Assembly: GCF_004010195.1 (NCBI RefSeq)
Contig: NC_057719.1
Coordinates: forward strand, 81,524,840-81,572,849
Source: Chiloscyllium plagiosum
Taxonomy: Eukaryota
Direction of reading: 5' to 3'
Length of the DNA stretch: 48,010 bases
A program made the translations under genes and the position numbers. Under the pieces are notes generated by a model that was given only the letters and a program-made list of their open reading frames with translations, did not search any database and was not told the origin of the DNA. This document shows, piece by piece, positions 12,786 through 25,721 of the stretch (positions within the stretch are counted from its first letter, which is position 1; each line of letters begins with the position of its first letter).

Positions 12786-13769
12786 ACATGCCAGGGGTTG
12801 TCAGGTCAACTAATACACACAATCTACTAAAGTTTGTTTTTTTAGTCTTACAACTAATTAGTTAAACTATAATTGGATGTCAGTGAGTTAACGTTTATGT
12901 TTACCTGTAAATTTACCCTTGCTGTCCCTTCATGTGCTGGGTTTGTGATTTGTTTCTTCTCTCTGTCACCATTTTTGTGTCTTTTGGACTTTGGTTTAAA
13001 GACTTGGGACTGTTCCCGTGGTACCCTGCCTCCTGGTGCTCTGGGAGATTTTGTTGTGGTTGTTTATTGAACCCTCTATTTGACACCAAGCTGCAAGCCC
13101 TGATTGCTAAGGCTGCTTTTATTTCCAAGCATGAAAACCATCCTTTGTCTCTCGGTTGTAACACGTTGCTGACAAAACGTCTCTGCCCTGCTCCTGGAAT
13201 TATTTCCTCAGCCAAATCAAACAGACGCCCACAACCTATCATTCATGCTTTAAAATTCCATTGCAAGGAAAGTAAACAAGAACTTACGGACTCCAAAAGC
13301 CTACTATCGAGGTAATAATTTCTGCATTAGTGAAGAAAAAAGACCAACAGGAAGTTATATTTGTGTATCTCTAGAAATCTCAAAGGATTTTGCAACAATG
13401 AACTGTAGTGCAATATAGGAAAATGTGGCAATAGCCCACTCGCACATAGATAGATTCCAAAAGTATCTTTTTGAGAGACAACATGTCAGGCCAACTAACA
13501 CACACAATCGACTGTGCTAGCTGTAATCTACTTAAGTTTTATTTTAGTTTTAAAAGAGAGCAGAGCTGTGATAAATATTAGTCATGACTTTATCAACAGC
13601 AGGGCAGCCCTCAGGAACCATGTGGTCCGCTCCGGTTCCTATTTCTTATGTCCTTGGATTCAGACCATTTCTTTTGTGTTGTTGAGGCATAACTAGTTGC
13701 CAGGTTAATAGTCCAGTCTTTAAATAGGTCTTTAAACTGGGATTTTGCAAGTCCATTTGGAAGGTGTGG

Positions 13770-13900
13770 ACATGCTCTCGGTTTAACTAAAGGGTCCTAC
13801 CTCTGACAATGCAGCTTTCCATCAGTACTGCACTAGACGTTTCAGCTTGGGTTAAAACTCAGGGTCTTGAATCCAGAAACATTGACCCAGGAAGGAATGA
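13770..13900 (-). mobile_element. Deu-domain SINE fragment
   Basis: ctcggtttaac...cctctgacaatgcagc.ttcc.tcagtactgcact. Confidence 0.55.
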
Positions 13901-14299
13901 AATCTATTGGGTTACAAATAACATATGAAAACTAAACAGGTGCAGAAGAAATGAAAATGTTCAATTGTTTTGCTTTTGTGATCTCTTTTTTATATTGGGT
14001 GTTTGTAGGAGCAGGATGTTGGTCAGTACAGAACTGATCTTCGAAGTCGTCCTGAGATGTGCAGTTTTTGCCTTCACCCAGATTTAACTTTCTTATTTTT
14101 CTTCCTTTCTTTTATGTTTGTGTAAGTGAATAAATTAGCATTATCACCCCAGTGTCAGCATCTCTGAGGTTATGGGGAAGTTTACAGAGTAAAGCTCCCT
14201 TTATTTATCTGACTGAGTGATAGAGCAAACTTGAAGGGCTGTATGATCTATTTCTGTTTCTAATTCATGTTATGTGCTGTCCCCCACCAAGCATAGCAG

Positions 14300-14440
14300 G
14301 GTATGTACAGCATGCCTTCAATGATAAGTCCACTGTCTGACCATTATCATGTGGGACCTTGCTGTGTGCAAATTCGCCAATGCCCATTTCCCTATATTGC
14401 AACAGTGACTGCACTTCGAAAAACAGCATTGCTGAACAAT
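14300..14440 (+). mobile_element. Deu-domain SINE 3' fragment
   Basis: tgtgggaccttgctgtgtgcaaatt...tttccctatattgcaacagtgactgcacttc; reverse homolog of 39320-39520. Confidence 0.55.
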
Positions 14441-14829
14441 ACTTTTGGACTTCCTTGGATTGTGAAAGTATCTCTGTGTATGTACCAGTTCTTGTTTTAT
14501 TTTCCTTCTTTAATGCAGAACAGAAACAAGTCAAATCACTGATGAGATGACAGACAATAACAAGAAGAAATTTGCATTTAAATTGTTCTTTTAATACAGC
14601 AAAACATGTCAGGGAGCTTCACAGGACTTTATTTAGACTAAGAATTGAAACCGGGCCAAAGCGGGACATCAGGACAAAACTTGGTCAAGAAGATTTTAAA
14701 AAGCACCTTAAACCTGGGGAGACATATGTGGAGAGGTCCAGAGTGACTTCCAGACCTTAAGGCTGAAACAACTTTGTCTATGCCCCATCAAACACTCCAG
14801 TGTTTTAGTCAACTATTGTTAGATGTAGG

Positions 14830-14960
14830 AGCAATTTACTGCAGATGCTGGAATCTGTACCTAAAACTAAAAAATGCTGGAAATCATACGGGTCAGGCAG
14901 CATCCATGGAGAGAGAGCGAGATAACACGTTGCATCTTCGTGACTCTTCATCAAAGTTGA
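14830..14960 (-). mobile_element. Short PLE terminal insert, decayed hammerhead
   Basis: ctgcagatgctggaatctg...atgctggaaatc..ggtcaggcagcatcc...gactcttcatcaa. Confidence 0.65.
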
Positions 14961-15524
14961 TGTGAAGAGCTGAAAATGTCCGTGTATTGATGCTTCTGAA
15001 CCTATTTGGGTGGATGGATTTGGGAGAGTTGTTGAGCTCAGCTAGTTATTTGAAAAGCCTTAATGTGCTCAATTAATCCTGCACACAGTAACAGTTTAGC
15101 TATGAGGTCAATGTTCACTATGACCACCAACATAGTTTGAATGACTTTACAAGCAGAAAATTGGAGAAGTGCACAGGAGGGTAATTGGCACTTGGAGGGA
15201 GAAAAGCAATTAGTAGTTGGGTGTGGTGCTCATTAGAATTTAGAATCGAGGTTTTGTTCCCTTGTAGCTGTTTTGGATAGTTATGGTAATCCTGCGCCAA
15301 TCCCTAGATGCCACGGAGTGCAGGGTTGTGACCAGATGACACAGTGTGCCAGGTTTCTACTTTGAAAATAATCTTGGCAAGGCATAATTTATTGTTGATG
15401 AGGATTCTGTAAGGTTCCATTTCACTACTAGAGCGAGAGAATTAGCAAGTACAGAGGTCTGTGGAAGTTTGGTTAGGCCGTGTTTAGAGCATTAAACACA
15501 GTTCGATCTCCCAGAGACTACTAT

Positions 15525-15960
15525 TGTTGACAGTGCAGTCAAGCAGCACTTAGTCAGCAATAAACTGCTCATTGACACACAGCTTGGGTTTCACGAAAGC
15601 ATTCAGCTCCTGACCTCATTCCAACGTTGTTCCAAACAAGACCTTCAGAGGTGAGTGGGAATGACTGATCTTGACAGCAGATGGGTTGGTTGCAGTATAT
15701 ATCATCTGCTACATCTACTGTAGCTACTTACCAATACTCCTTCGAGAGCATCTTTCAAACCCGCAACCTGAACCATCAAGAAGAACAAAGACAGCAGATG
15801 AAGGGAACAGCCACTTGCAAGTTCTTCTCTGAGCCACTCAACATCCTGACTTGGAACTATATTACCACTGTCACTGAGGCAAAATCCTGGAATTTCCTTG
15901 CTAACCACAGTATGGGTCTGCAGTGGGTGAACAAGGCTGCTCGCCAACCCCTTATCCCAA
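15525..15960 (+). mobile_element. LINE family 2 fragments
   Basis: gacagtgcagtcaagcagcactt is a reverse homolog of 4880-4910; 3' part homologous to 7900-8230. Confidence 0.6.
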
Positions 15961-16034
15961 AAGTTTCCAAGTAACTCCAAAGCCATGGAAAACATTTGGA
16001 ACAACTCATATGTTGAGATTCCATGTTGGAGTGC

Positions 16035-16278
16035 AGATTACTTAGATTACTTACAGTGTGAAAACAGGCCCTTCGGCCCAACAAGTCCACACCGATCCGC
16101 TGAAGCGCAACCCACCCAGAACCATTCCCCTACACCTAACACTACGGGCAATTTAGCATGGCCAATTCATCTAAGCTGCACATTTTTGGACTGCGGGAGG
16201 AAACCGGAGCACCAGGAGGAAACCTACGCAGACACGGGGAGAATGTGCAAACTCCAACACAGACAGTCGCCTGAGGCG
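16035..16278 (-). mobile_element. HE1-type V-SINE, 5'-truncated
   Basis: Closely similar to 12481-12720. Confidence 0.88.
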
Positions 16279-16559
16279 GGATGCTGGGATGTTGTGAGAG
16301 GACTAAATGCAGGTTAAATGTGGTGATATGTAGTGGACCTGTAAGCTTCTGCCCAGAGGTGGCAGGTAGGGGAGCAGTAAGTGAAGCCCCATACACAACA
16401 AAGAGGAACCAATTCCAAGTAGTATCGGATGGCACATTCGCAGTAGGATTGTTTCGGGGCCATCTTCAGCTACCAAGCTCCAGGGGTGATGCTATAATGG
16501 AGTACTACCTTCAGAGCACTGTGTACGCAGTGTACCTCTGTACATGTATTTGGAAAGGC

Positions 16560-17541
16560 AAGGACTGATATCATGTCTCACAAACTTGATTGAGTTTTTT
16601 GAAGAAGTAACAAAGAGGATTGATGAGGGCAGAGCGATAGATGTGATCTATATGGACTTCAGTAAGGCGTTCGACAAGGTTCCCCATGATCTCACGGAAT
16701 ACAGGGAGAACTAGCCATTTGTATACAGAACTGGCTCAAAGGTAGAAGACGGAGGGTGGTGGAGAGTTGTTTTTCAGACTGGAGGCCTGTGACCAGTGAA
16801 GTGCCACAAGGATCGGTGCTGGGTCCTCTACTTTTTGTCATTTACATAAATGATTTGGATGTGAGTTTGCAGATGACACCAAAATTGGAGGTGTAGTGGA
16901 CAGCGAAGAGGGTTACCTCAGATTACAACAGGATCTTGACCAGATGGGCCAATGATGGAAATGTGTTGCTGGAAAAGCGCAGCAGGTCAGGCAGCATCCA
17001 GGGAACAGGAGAATCGACGTTTCGGGCATTAGCCCTTCTTCAGATGGGCCAATGGGCTGAGAAGTGGCAGATGGAGTTTAATTCAGATAAATGCGAGGTG
17101 CTGCATTTTTGGGAAACCAAATCTTAGCAGGACTTATACACTTAATGGTAAGGTCCTAGGGAGTGTTGCTGAACANNNNNNNNNNNNNNNNNNNNNNNNN
17201 NNNNNNNNNNNNNNNNNNNNNNNNNNNNNNNNNNNNNNNNNNNNNNNNNNNNNNNNNNNNNNNNNNNNNNNNNNNNNNNNNNNNNNNNNNNNNNNNNNNN
17301 NNNNNNNNNNNNNNNNNNNNNNNNNNNNNNNNNNNNNNNNNNNNNNNNNNNNNNNNNNNNNNNNNGAGGCTGGTACAATTGCAACATTTAAGAGGCATTT
17401 GGATGGGTATATGAATAGGAAGGGTTTGGAGGGATATGGGCCGGGTGCTGGCAGGTGGGACTAGATTGGGTTGGGATATCTGGTCGGCATGGACAGGTTG
17501 GACCAAAGGGTCTGTTTCCATGTTGTACATCTCTATGACTC
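16560..17541 (+). mobile_element. Young CR1 (HER1-like) LINE, RT to 3' end, with an assembly gap
   Basis: SCLTNLIEFFEEV..., [35 protein letters not shown] motifs; tail ctctatgactc. Confidence 0.92.
16955..17040 (-). mobile_element. 86-bp PLE terminal insert with intact hammerhead core
   Basis: Perfect 14-bp TSD CAGATGGGCCAATG (16941-16954, 17041-17054). Minus strand CTGAAGA-A-GGGC-TAAT-GCCC-GAAAC-GTC. Confidence 0.88.
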
Positions 17542-18482
17542 ATTGTAGGTGGAGCAAAAGAGCCACCAGACTGATCTCCAGCATCAAAGGTCTGTGTTAT
17601 GAGGAAAAGTTGGAGAGTTTTGGGATCTTCATCCCAAAAAGAGGGTAGTTGAAAAGTGATCCTGTAGGATTGTAGGAGATGGTAAGTGACATAGAGAAAA
17701 GCAAATTTGGAAAATTACTTCAAAAAATAGCAAGAGCAAGACAAAGATAGGAAAAGCCAGTTGAAGACCGATGTCAAGAAATCCTTGTCACTGAGTTAAT
17801 CAGATCAGGCAATGAACTCTGAGATAGAGCAGTGGAAGTGAAAACCTTGATTGAATGCTGGTTTCAATCTGTCTGGCTTCATACTTGGCTGAATGGCTTC
17901 CCTCCACCATAAATGTATTGTGACTTTTGGAAACTTGATATAAAAACATGGCTCTCCCACAAGATGTAAAAGCTGTCACACCTGACTGTCCATCCAATGG
18001 TGAGATTTTTTAAAGCTGAGAGAAATCAGTAAAGCTAACCTGTAATTAATAAATATTGGAAACTGGGGGGGAGTTGATGTGTGCAGGGTCTTCTTCTGCA
18101 CAGGGATGAAGGGATGACACTGATGATGGTATTCAGGTTTCCTCCTTGAAGGCACTTTTTATAACACAGTTCTTTAAGCAGAATTCTAGCCTAATATCTT
18201 CTCATGTGGTTCCTTTGTTGTTTCACAATGTTCTTGCAATGTACTTAGGGATGTTGAAAGGAGCCATATAAGCACAAGTTGTTGTTGTGATGCACAAAGG
18301 TATTTATTTCTGGAGAAATCAGTACAAAAGCTCTTATGCTAGGAAATTTCAATGTTCAATTCTCCCACAAAAACTGTCAAACTATCTCTGCTTCAGGGGT
18401 TTCTCAAGACCAAGGACTTGAGTCTCGCACACATCATCATCTTTCAGCCATTTCTAGTGCTGTCCTTGCAATTATTGTTAGG

Positions 18483-18810
18483 GGAGGTGATAGCGTAGTG
18501 ATAGTGTTGCTGGAAGAGTAATCTAGAGTGCCAGCCTCAAATTCAGGGAATACAATTCAAATCCCACCATGGTGAATTTGAATTCAGTATAAATTTGGGA
18601 GAAAATAAGCAAGCCTAGTAGCAACCTATTGTCATCTGGTTCCCTGATCTTCTTGAGGGAAAGAAATCATCTGCCACCATGATCCTGTGATTGAATCTTA
18701 GCTGCCCCCTTGGCAATTAGGTGTGGGCAGCAAATGCTGTCTGTTTCCTTGCTGTGTGACTCTATGATTCTATAACCAGTGACACTGACATCTCTGAATG
18801 ATTTTTAAAA
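18483..18810 (+). mobile_element. SINE (LINE-family-2 partner), degraded
   Basis: tRNA-like head, ttcaaatcccaccatgg..gaatttgaattca, tail ggcaattagg.gtgggcagcaaatgctg. Confidence 0.6.
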
Positions 18811-20094
18811 AACACTTGTATCAACAAAATAAGCAGTATTGGAATCAGAAACAATGCGTGAGCAAAATGTATTCATGTCCAGGTAGACAAATCTGAACAA
18901 AGATGAGTGAACAGGTACAACAATTAATTGAAGAGACTAGCGCAGTGATGGCCCCATTGTCACAGTAAACCAGGAAGGCGTACTTGAATTTTACAGTGAC
19001 TCGGACAGACTTCAAACAGAGTTTGCAATAGGTGCATTGTCTCAGGAAGGATATGTTGGCTTTGGAGGGGATACAATACAGTTTTATCAAATTGATACTT
19101 CAAAACAGGAGTAGGCCTCTAAAGACTCTTCTCAGGAGGTCATAGATGATTTGTATCTTAACTCCAACCACCCAACTTTGTATTCTTTGACAGTTACTTT
19201 TGTCTAAAAAAACCCCATTGATCTTAACATTTAAAGTTCTTAATTGAGCTAATTTTTACTGCTTTTTTCATCAGAAAGCTCTGCACTTTAACCACTGTTT
19301 GCATGAAGCAGCCTTTCCTAAATTTCCCCTCCAATGGCCTGTTTCTGATGTTTAAGGTTATATCCCTTCGTTTGAGACCCAGCCCCAGCATTGGACAATT
19401 CACTTCATGTACTCTTCAAATCCTCTCCAAATTCCAAAGTACAAGTCTGAAACCAAGAGATGGGAGTTGCATGTGCGATTTAGGGCTGCATTATTTTGAG
19501 GTTAGTAGATTGAGAGACAGTCTCTTGGGTGGAGCTTTGTCAAATCTTAGATGGTAATCCATCCAGACAGCATCCACCTCCAACCCCCATCCCATCCACC
19601 TAATTACATCCCAAAAGCATTCTGCTGGATTAGTCAGGCATGACTATCCTGCACAAATCCACGTTGACTCACTGCTCACACTTGCTCAAGTACTCAGTGA
19701 CTCAGTGTTAGATAATAGATTCCTGAAACTTCTCAGCAATTGCTTGTAAATTGTAATAGTAACTTCCCCTAACTGAAGTTAAACTTGGTTATGCAAACCT
19801 GAAGGAGGAAAATAGAGGATGCAAAACTTCAGCTCAACTTTTAATGACCATTTTGTGCTTCAGGGCTGTGATGAAACAAACCATTGATTGACTGAACATT
19901 CAGTTTCACGAACAGGGACATGCTGTTTGTAATCAACAAAGCTGTCTCCTTCTCATGGATCAACTCCACCTCCCTACTATTCCCTTGTACTCCTCTCTTC
20001 AGAATATGTAAACCCAATTAAACAGCCAGTTTTTTTGTTTTGCTTCTTGTTTAGTCCAAAAATCCTTCAAAGATTCCTTCCCAGCCTTTGATAA

Positions 20095-20260
20095 TGTTGA
20101 AGTAATTAAGAGATTAAGACAAAGCAGGAGATGGGCAGATTTTTAATTACTAACGGATTAAACAGTTATAGGGAGAAGTTGAGGCTGAGGTGAGATCAGC
20201 CATGATCCTATTCAGTGGTGGAGCAAGCTCAAGGGGCTGAATTGTCGAATCCTGCTCTTA
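20095..20260 (+). mobile_element. CR1 3' UTR fragment
   Basis: agatcagccatgatcctatt..tggtggagcaagctcaaggggctgaa..cctgctc. Confidence 0.65.
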
Positions 20261-20264
20261 CACC

Positions 20265-21335
20265 AAATCCCATTTACCTCTCTGCACGTGCTCACTGACC
20301 AGTATCAGCTCCTGATCAAATGATGTTTCGATTTTGCAATTCTAGTGCTTGTGTTCAAATCGCCCCCATTGACTCTTTAACTTACAACATCCCCACAACC
20401 CACTAAGAGAAAGGATGTCCTTTATTGTCACGTGCATTGGAATGAGTGCAGTGAAAGGTTTGTAATGTCACCTCTCGGCACCATCTTAGGTACAGGATAC
20501 CTAGGTACAGATACTTTAAGAGTTGTTAAAGAATTGAAATAGTGAACAAAAATAGACTAGCATGGAAATACAGAGTTTACAGAGTCCTGAATGAGAATAA
20601 AAAGTATCTTTAAAGTACTCAAGTTATAGTCCTTTCTCACTGAGTTTGTGCCCATCAGGCTTCAGAACATGAGGCCATGCTGCCTGCACATGCTAGCTTC
20701 TGTCCAGGAATCATCTCCCAGGTCGATCTGGGCTCACTCTGCTTCCTCTCCAGCTCCAGCTCCAACCGCAACATGGCGCCCAGCTCGGCCCACACTTGCT
20801 GTGCTGCTGCTCCAGCCGCAACTCACTTCTGGGTCTTGGCCCGCACTCACTCTGCTCCCTCTCCGCCATGACTCACCTCCTGCACTGGGCTGGTCTTGGA
20901 CTCTTTTCTCCATTCCCTCCAGGTAGGGTACTTTAAGAAGTTCAAAGTTGTGAGGGGAGCAGGGTGGAAGAGAAACTACAGCAGGAGTAAATAAAAAAGA
21001 AAGGAAAAGGAACTGACAAATGGAGAAGCTCTGGCTGGAGTGTCTTACTCTGCTGCCATCTTAACCCCACACAGCCCATATTTATTATCCTCCATTCTAG
21101 CTCTTTGTGACTACTCCCAGTTTTAATTACACCTGTTGGCTCTAACCTCTTGAATTCCATTCTTAATCTAGCCTTTGTACCTCTCCCCTTTGTTAAGATG
21201 TTCTCTAAAGTTGATCTCTTTATGAAAGCCTGTGGTCTCCTATCCTAATATCTCTGATGGGGCTTAGTGTTAGATTTGTCTGGTTATGCTCCTGTGAAGT
21301 ATGTTTAACACTGTTAAAGGTGCAACTTATTATAA
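20265..21335 (+). mobile_element. L2 LINE 3' remnant, split by the insertion at 20412-21062
   Basis: 20265-20360 resembles the L2 ORF2 C-terminal HITP.L..LHWLP..R.DF.IL.LVFK segment; ends tgctcctgtgaag...gttaaaggtgc. Confidence 0.55.
20412..21062 (-). mobile_element. Putative non-autonomous retroelement with Rex1-like 3' tail
   Basis: Minus strand starts AAGATGGCAGCAG and ends tttcactgcac...cacgtgacaataaa, resembling the tail at 23300-23340. No RT coding sequence recognisable. Confidence 0.5.
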
Positions 21336-22214
21336 CACTGGAGTCTGCTGTTGAAACAAAGCCATGTGCTTTGGGCAGACAGAGTTGGGGAGATGTTTGC
21401 TAATTATCATGGCGATGATACAGAGAGACAGGCGACGCTCACAATCATCTCAATATACTCGGGCAGAATAATGTGGGGACCTCTCCTCCCCTTAGGTTTA
21501 CCTTGGATTTTGACTCCAGTCTCTTTTGGAATCAATCCCAAAAGATTCACATAACAAATTGCGCAGGATTTACTAGAGGACCTGTCTGTGTTACAAGGCG
21601 CAGGGTGTGAATGATCTTCAGGCAAAGATCAGGAAAATGACTGATTACACACTGGATGGAGATTTAGTATTTAATGCTCCTTTTGCTCACATGATATTAC
21701 CAACATTGTGGCAAATTTTACTTTATCCCCCAGGCTTTTTCTGGAGATAATTTTTTAACAGCGGGAGGGAGCTGCTGAGTATCACATTTTTTAAATGGTA
21801 CTATGCAGCACAGACTTTGGAGAGCAGCATCCACACATCCTTCACCATGTACACATTCATGACATACGCCCTCACTGATTTGGTCTGTCATCTGCACTTT
21901 CTCTGTAGTATTGGGGTTTTTAGGCTCTGCATAGATTGAGTGGTGCAGTAACTGTGCAAATCACAGTTACAGTGCAGAGGCATTGCAGTCCTTCTGCAGC
22001 CACACAGAGCAAAGGTATAGCTTTCCACCCTTACTCGCCAGCTGCTCGATAACACTTCATAACACATTCAACATGTGTTCACTGGAGACTCAAGGGACCC
22101 ATGGTCAGAAAGCTCTGGCATCATTTATTTTTTTAAGAAAATCTAAACTTAACGTTACAATTCTGTCTGAAAAATCTGTGCAGTTTCCATGTTAAGATGG
22201 GACTTTAAACAGTA

Positions 22215-22336
22215 GAAGGGCTAATGCCCGAAACGTCGATTCTCCTGTTCCCTAGATGCTGCCTGACCTGCTGCGCTTTTCCAGCAACACATTTCCATCT
22301 CTGATCTCCAGCATCTGCAGACCTCACTTTCTCCCC
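22215..22336 (+). mobile_element. 122-bp PLE terminal insert starting inside the hammerhead core
   Basis: Perfect 13-bp TSD ACTTTAAACAGTA (22202-22214, 22337-22349). Starts GAAGGGCTAATGCCCGAAACGTC; same subfamily as 16955-17040. Confidence 0.88.
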
Positions 22337-22484
22337 ACTTTAAACAGTAATACTGCATCAGTCAAACTGCACCTGAAGCTGAAGGTAGAAACATTATGGG
22401 CAGCAGGTATAGTACGCTAGCTGCTGGAGTCTGAATCAAACTCGGAGAATGCTGGAAATTTTCAGCAGGTCAGGCAATCTCCCT

Positions 22485-25298
22485 GAGAGTATCACCCTGC
22501 TGTAAAAGGGGTGGGGCAGTTAAAGAGAAGGACACAGCTGCAGTAAGAGAGGAGATCTTGAAGGGCTCATCCAGTGAAAGAGAAAGGTGCAATCAGTATG
22601 ATGGGGTTACACTATAGGCCTCCCAATAGCCAGCAGGAGATGGAGGAACAGACATGTAAGCAGATCATGGAAAGATGTAAAAACAACGAGGTGTTGTAGT
22701 GGGTGATTTTAACTTCTCCAATATTAATTGGAGCTCCCTTCCTGCCAGGATGGGGTAGAATTTGTTAGGAATATCCAGGAAGATTTCTCAAACCAATGTG
22801 TAGATAGTTCAACAAGGGAAGAGGCTTGTATTGGGGAATGAGCCTGGGCAGGTGATTTAGATTTCAGTAGGGGACTGTTTTGGTTACAGTGATCATAATT
22901 CTGTAAGTTTTAAATACATATGAATAAGAATAATTCTAGACCTCAAGTGAAGGTCCTAAATTGGGTGAAGACTAATCACATCAATATTAGGCAGGAACTG
23001 GAGAATTTAGATTGAGGGTGTGTGGCTGTTTGAGGGCAAATCTACACCTGACATCTGGGAGTCTTTAAAAGGCCAGTTGATTACTGTTCAGAATGCAAAA
23101 GTTTGAAAACACATACCAACAGATTTAAGAGCAACTTCTTCCCTGCTGTAATCAGACTTATGAACACACCTCTCATATATTAGAGTCGATCTTTCTCTAC
23201 ACCTTCTCCTTAACTGTAACACTATATTCTACATTCTATTCTATTACCTTAATGTACTTACATAAGGTATGATTTTTCTGGGTAGCATACAAAGCAATAT
23301 TTTTCACTGTATCTTAATACATGTGACAACAATAAATCATATCAAATCAAAAAGCATGTTCCTGTGATGATGAAAGATAAGGATGGCAAGATTCCAGAAC
23401 CCAGCATGTCAAGAGACATTGAAACTTTAGTCAGAAGGAAGCAGGAAAAAACCCAAACAAGGAATTAGGAGGGCCAAAAGAGGCTACGTAATGACCTTGG
23501 CAAATAGGATTAAGATGAATCCCAAGGTATTTTATATGTATATTAGGAGGAAGAGGGTAGTTTGGAAAGGGTAGGTCCATTCAGGGACAAAGGAGAGAAT
23601 TTATGCATGGATTCACAGGAAGTGAATGAGGACCTTAATTAGTACTTTGCATCAGTATTCACGAAGGAGAAGGACATGGATGATGATATGATTAGGGAGG
23701 GATATGTTGATATTCAGGAGCATGATGATATTAAGGAGGAGGAGTTGAGTGCCTTGAAAAACATTAAGGTTGCTAAATTCCCAGGGCCTGATGGGATCTA
23801 GCTAGGATACTAAGAGAGGCAAGGGAAAAGATTGCTGGAGCCTTGACGGAGATCTTTGTATTCTCTTTAGCCGCAGGCGAGGTACCAGAAGACTGGAGAA
23901 TCGCTTAAAAAGGACAACAGGGATAATTCAGGAAATTATAGGCTGGTGAGCCTTACATCAGTGGTAGAAAAGTGATTGTAGAAGATCCTTAGGAACAGGG
24001 TTTACTCACATTTGGAAAAGAATAGATTTACTTGGGACAATCAGAATAATTTTATGGGGTGGAGGGGAGGACTTGTCTCACAGATTTGATTGAGGTATTT
24101 GAGGCAGTGATGAAGCTGATTGATGGAGGTACGTTTGTGGGTGTTAATTTTATAGACTTTACTAAAGTATTTAACAAAGTTCCTGATGGTAGGCTGGTCC
24201 AGAAGGTTAAGTCACATGGGATCCAAGTGAGTTGGAAAATTGGGTACAAAATTGGCTCAGTCATAGAAGACAGAGGGTAGTTGTAGAGGAGTCTTTTTCT
24301 GACTGGAGGTCTGTGACCAGTGGTGTTCTACGAGGATCAGTGTTGGGGCCTCTGTTGTTTGTAATATATATATATATATATACAAATTATTCAGATTAAA
24401 ATCTAGGTGGTCTGAATGGTAAGTTTGCAGTCAACTCGAAATTGCTGGAGTTGTGGATTGCGACAAAGGATACAGCAGCATAGAGAGAAGTTGGAAATGG
24501 CAGATGGAGTTCAATCCAGACAAGTGTGAGGTGATGCATTTTTAGAGGTCAAATGCAAGAGGAAAGTATACAATACAGGCAGGACCCCGAGGAGCATTGA
24601 TAAACAGAGGGATGTTGGGTTCCAAGTCCGTAATTCCCTGAAAGTGGCAATACAAGTGGATAAAGAAGGTATACTGCATGCTTGCCTTCATCAGTTGGGA
24701 CATTGAACGTAAAAATTGGCAAGATATGTGCAGCTGTATAAAGCTTTAGTTAGGCCACATTTGGAGTACTGTGTGAAGTTCTGGTCCTACACTGTAAGAA
24801 GGATACAGAGACTTTGGAGAGGGTGTAAGTGGGGTTTACCTGAATGTTGCCTGAATTGGAGTGCATTAGCTATAGGGAGCGGATGGACTAACTTGGACTG
24901 TTTTCACTAGAACATTGGAGGCTGAGGGATGACCTGATGGAAATATATAAAATTATGAGAGGCATGGATAGTCAGAGTCAATTTTCCAAGGTGGCAATAT
25001 CAAATACTAGGGTGGGGGGGGGGGGGTAGGTTTAGGGTAAAGGAGGGAAAAGTTTAAAGGAAAGTTTTTTTACATAAGGTAGATGTCTGGAATGCGCTGC
25101 CAGGGGAGTTGGTAGAAACAGATATGATAGCAGTGTTTAAGAGGTATTTAGACAGACGCATGGACAGGCAAGCAATAGAGGGATACAGATCATTGTGAAG
25201 GCAGATGGGATTAGTTTAGAATAGCATCATGGTCAGCACAGATGTGGTGGGCTGAAGGACCTGTTCCTGTATTGTACTGTTCGATGTTCTGTGTTCAT
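22485..25298 (+). mobile_element. Old CR1 LINE ORF2 (endonuclease, RT, 3' UTR), decayed
   Basis: G.HYRPPNS (22600-22630), VVGDFN, TCLTDLIEVFE..DFTKVFNKVP (24059-24280), QLYKALVRPHLEYCV (24716-24790); tail gttcgatgttctgtgttc. Confidence 0.9.
23095..23350 (+). mobile_element. Rex1/Babar-like LINE 3' end inserted into the CR1
   Basis: Encodes THTNRFKSNFFPAVIRLMN; tail tttttcactgtat...atgtgacaacaataaatcatatcaaatcaa. Host CR1 resumes at gcatgttcctgtg. Confidence 0.75.
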
Positions 25299-25721
25299 GC
25301 TTTGTGTTTATACAGCATTTAAAGAGTCAGTACAAAGTAGGAGGCAAAATTAAGTACACACTTACACGTTCACACTATTCAACTGAGTCTCTATAGTAGT
25401 CCATATAACACTATATTAATCATTCGGAGGAGTCTGGAAGGTAAAGATTATGCACAAGAGGGTGTGCATAGCACTCTGACACAGGGAATTCTCCTTTATT
25501 TACATGCATTGGAGTCTGACAGTCCATCTGTAGCATTTTTACTTCCCCAAACTTTCAAACAAGAATGTGGGGCACTTAAAGTGTCTGGTCAGGTAATTTT
25601 GTTGCCCAAACACATTTTACAATTCCTGAGTTAATATGCAGAGAGATTATCATGTCCTGGCAGAGGTGATGACGTCCCTACTGCACTGTTACAACCCTTC
25701 CCTTTGTGAGGTTCCCCCATT

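Noticed and set aside
12932..13315. 127-aa ORF as the ITPK upstream exon
   Set aside because: No recognisable ITPK similarity, and its donor would be phase 2, incompatible with the phase-0 exon at 39129.
17142..17530. Long ORFs containing X runs (also 30167-31146)
   Set aside because: Their length is an artefact of N gaps inside CR1 copies.
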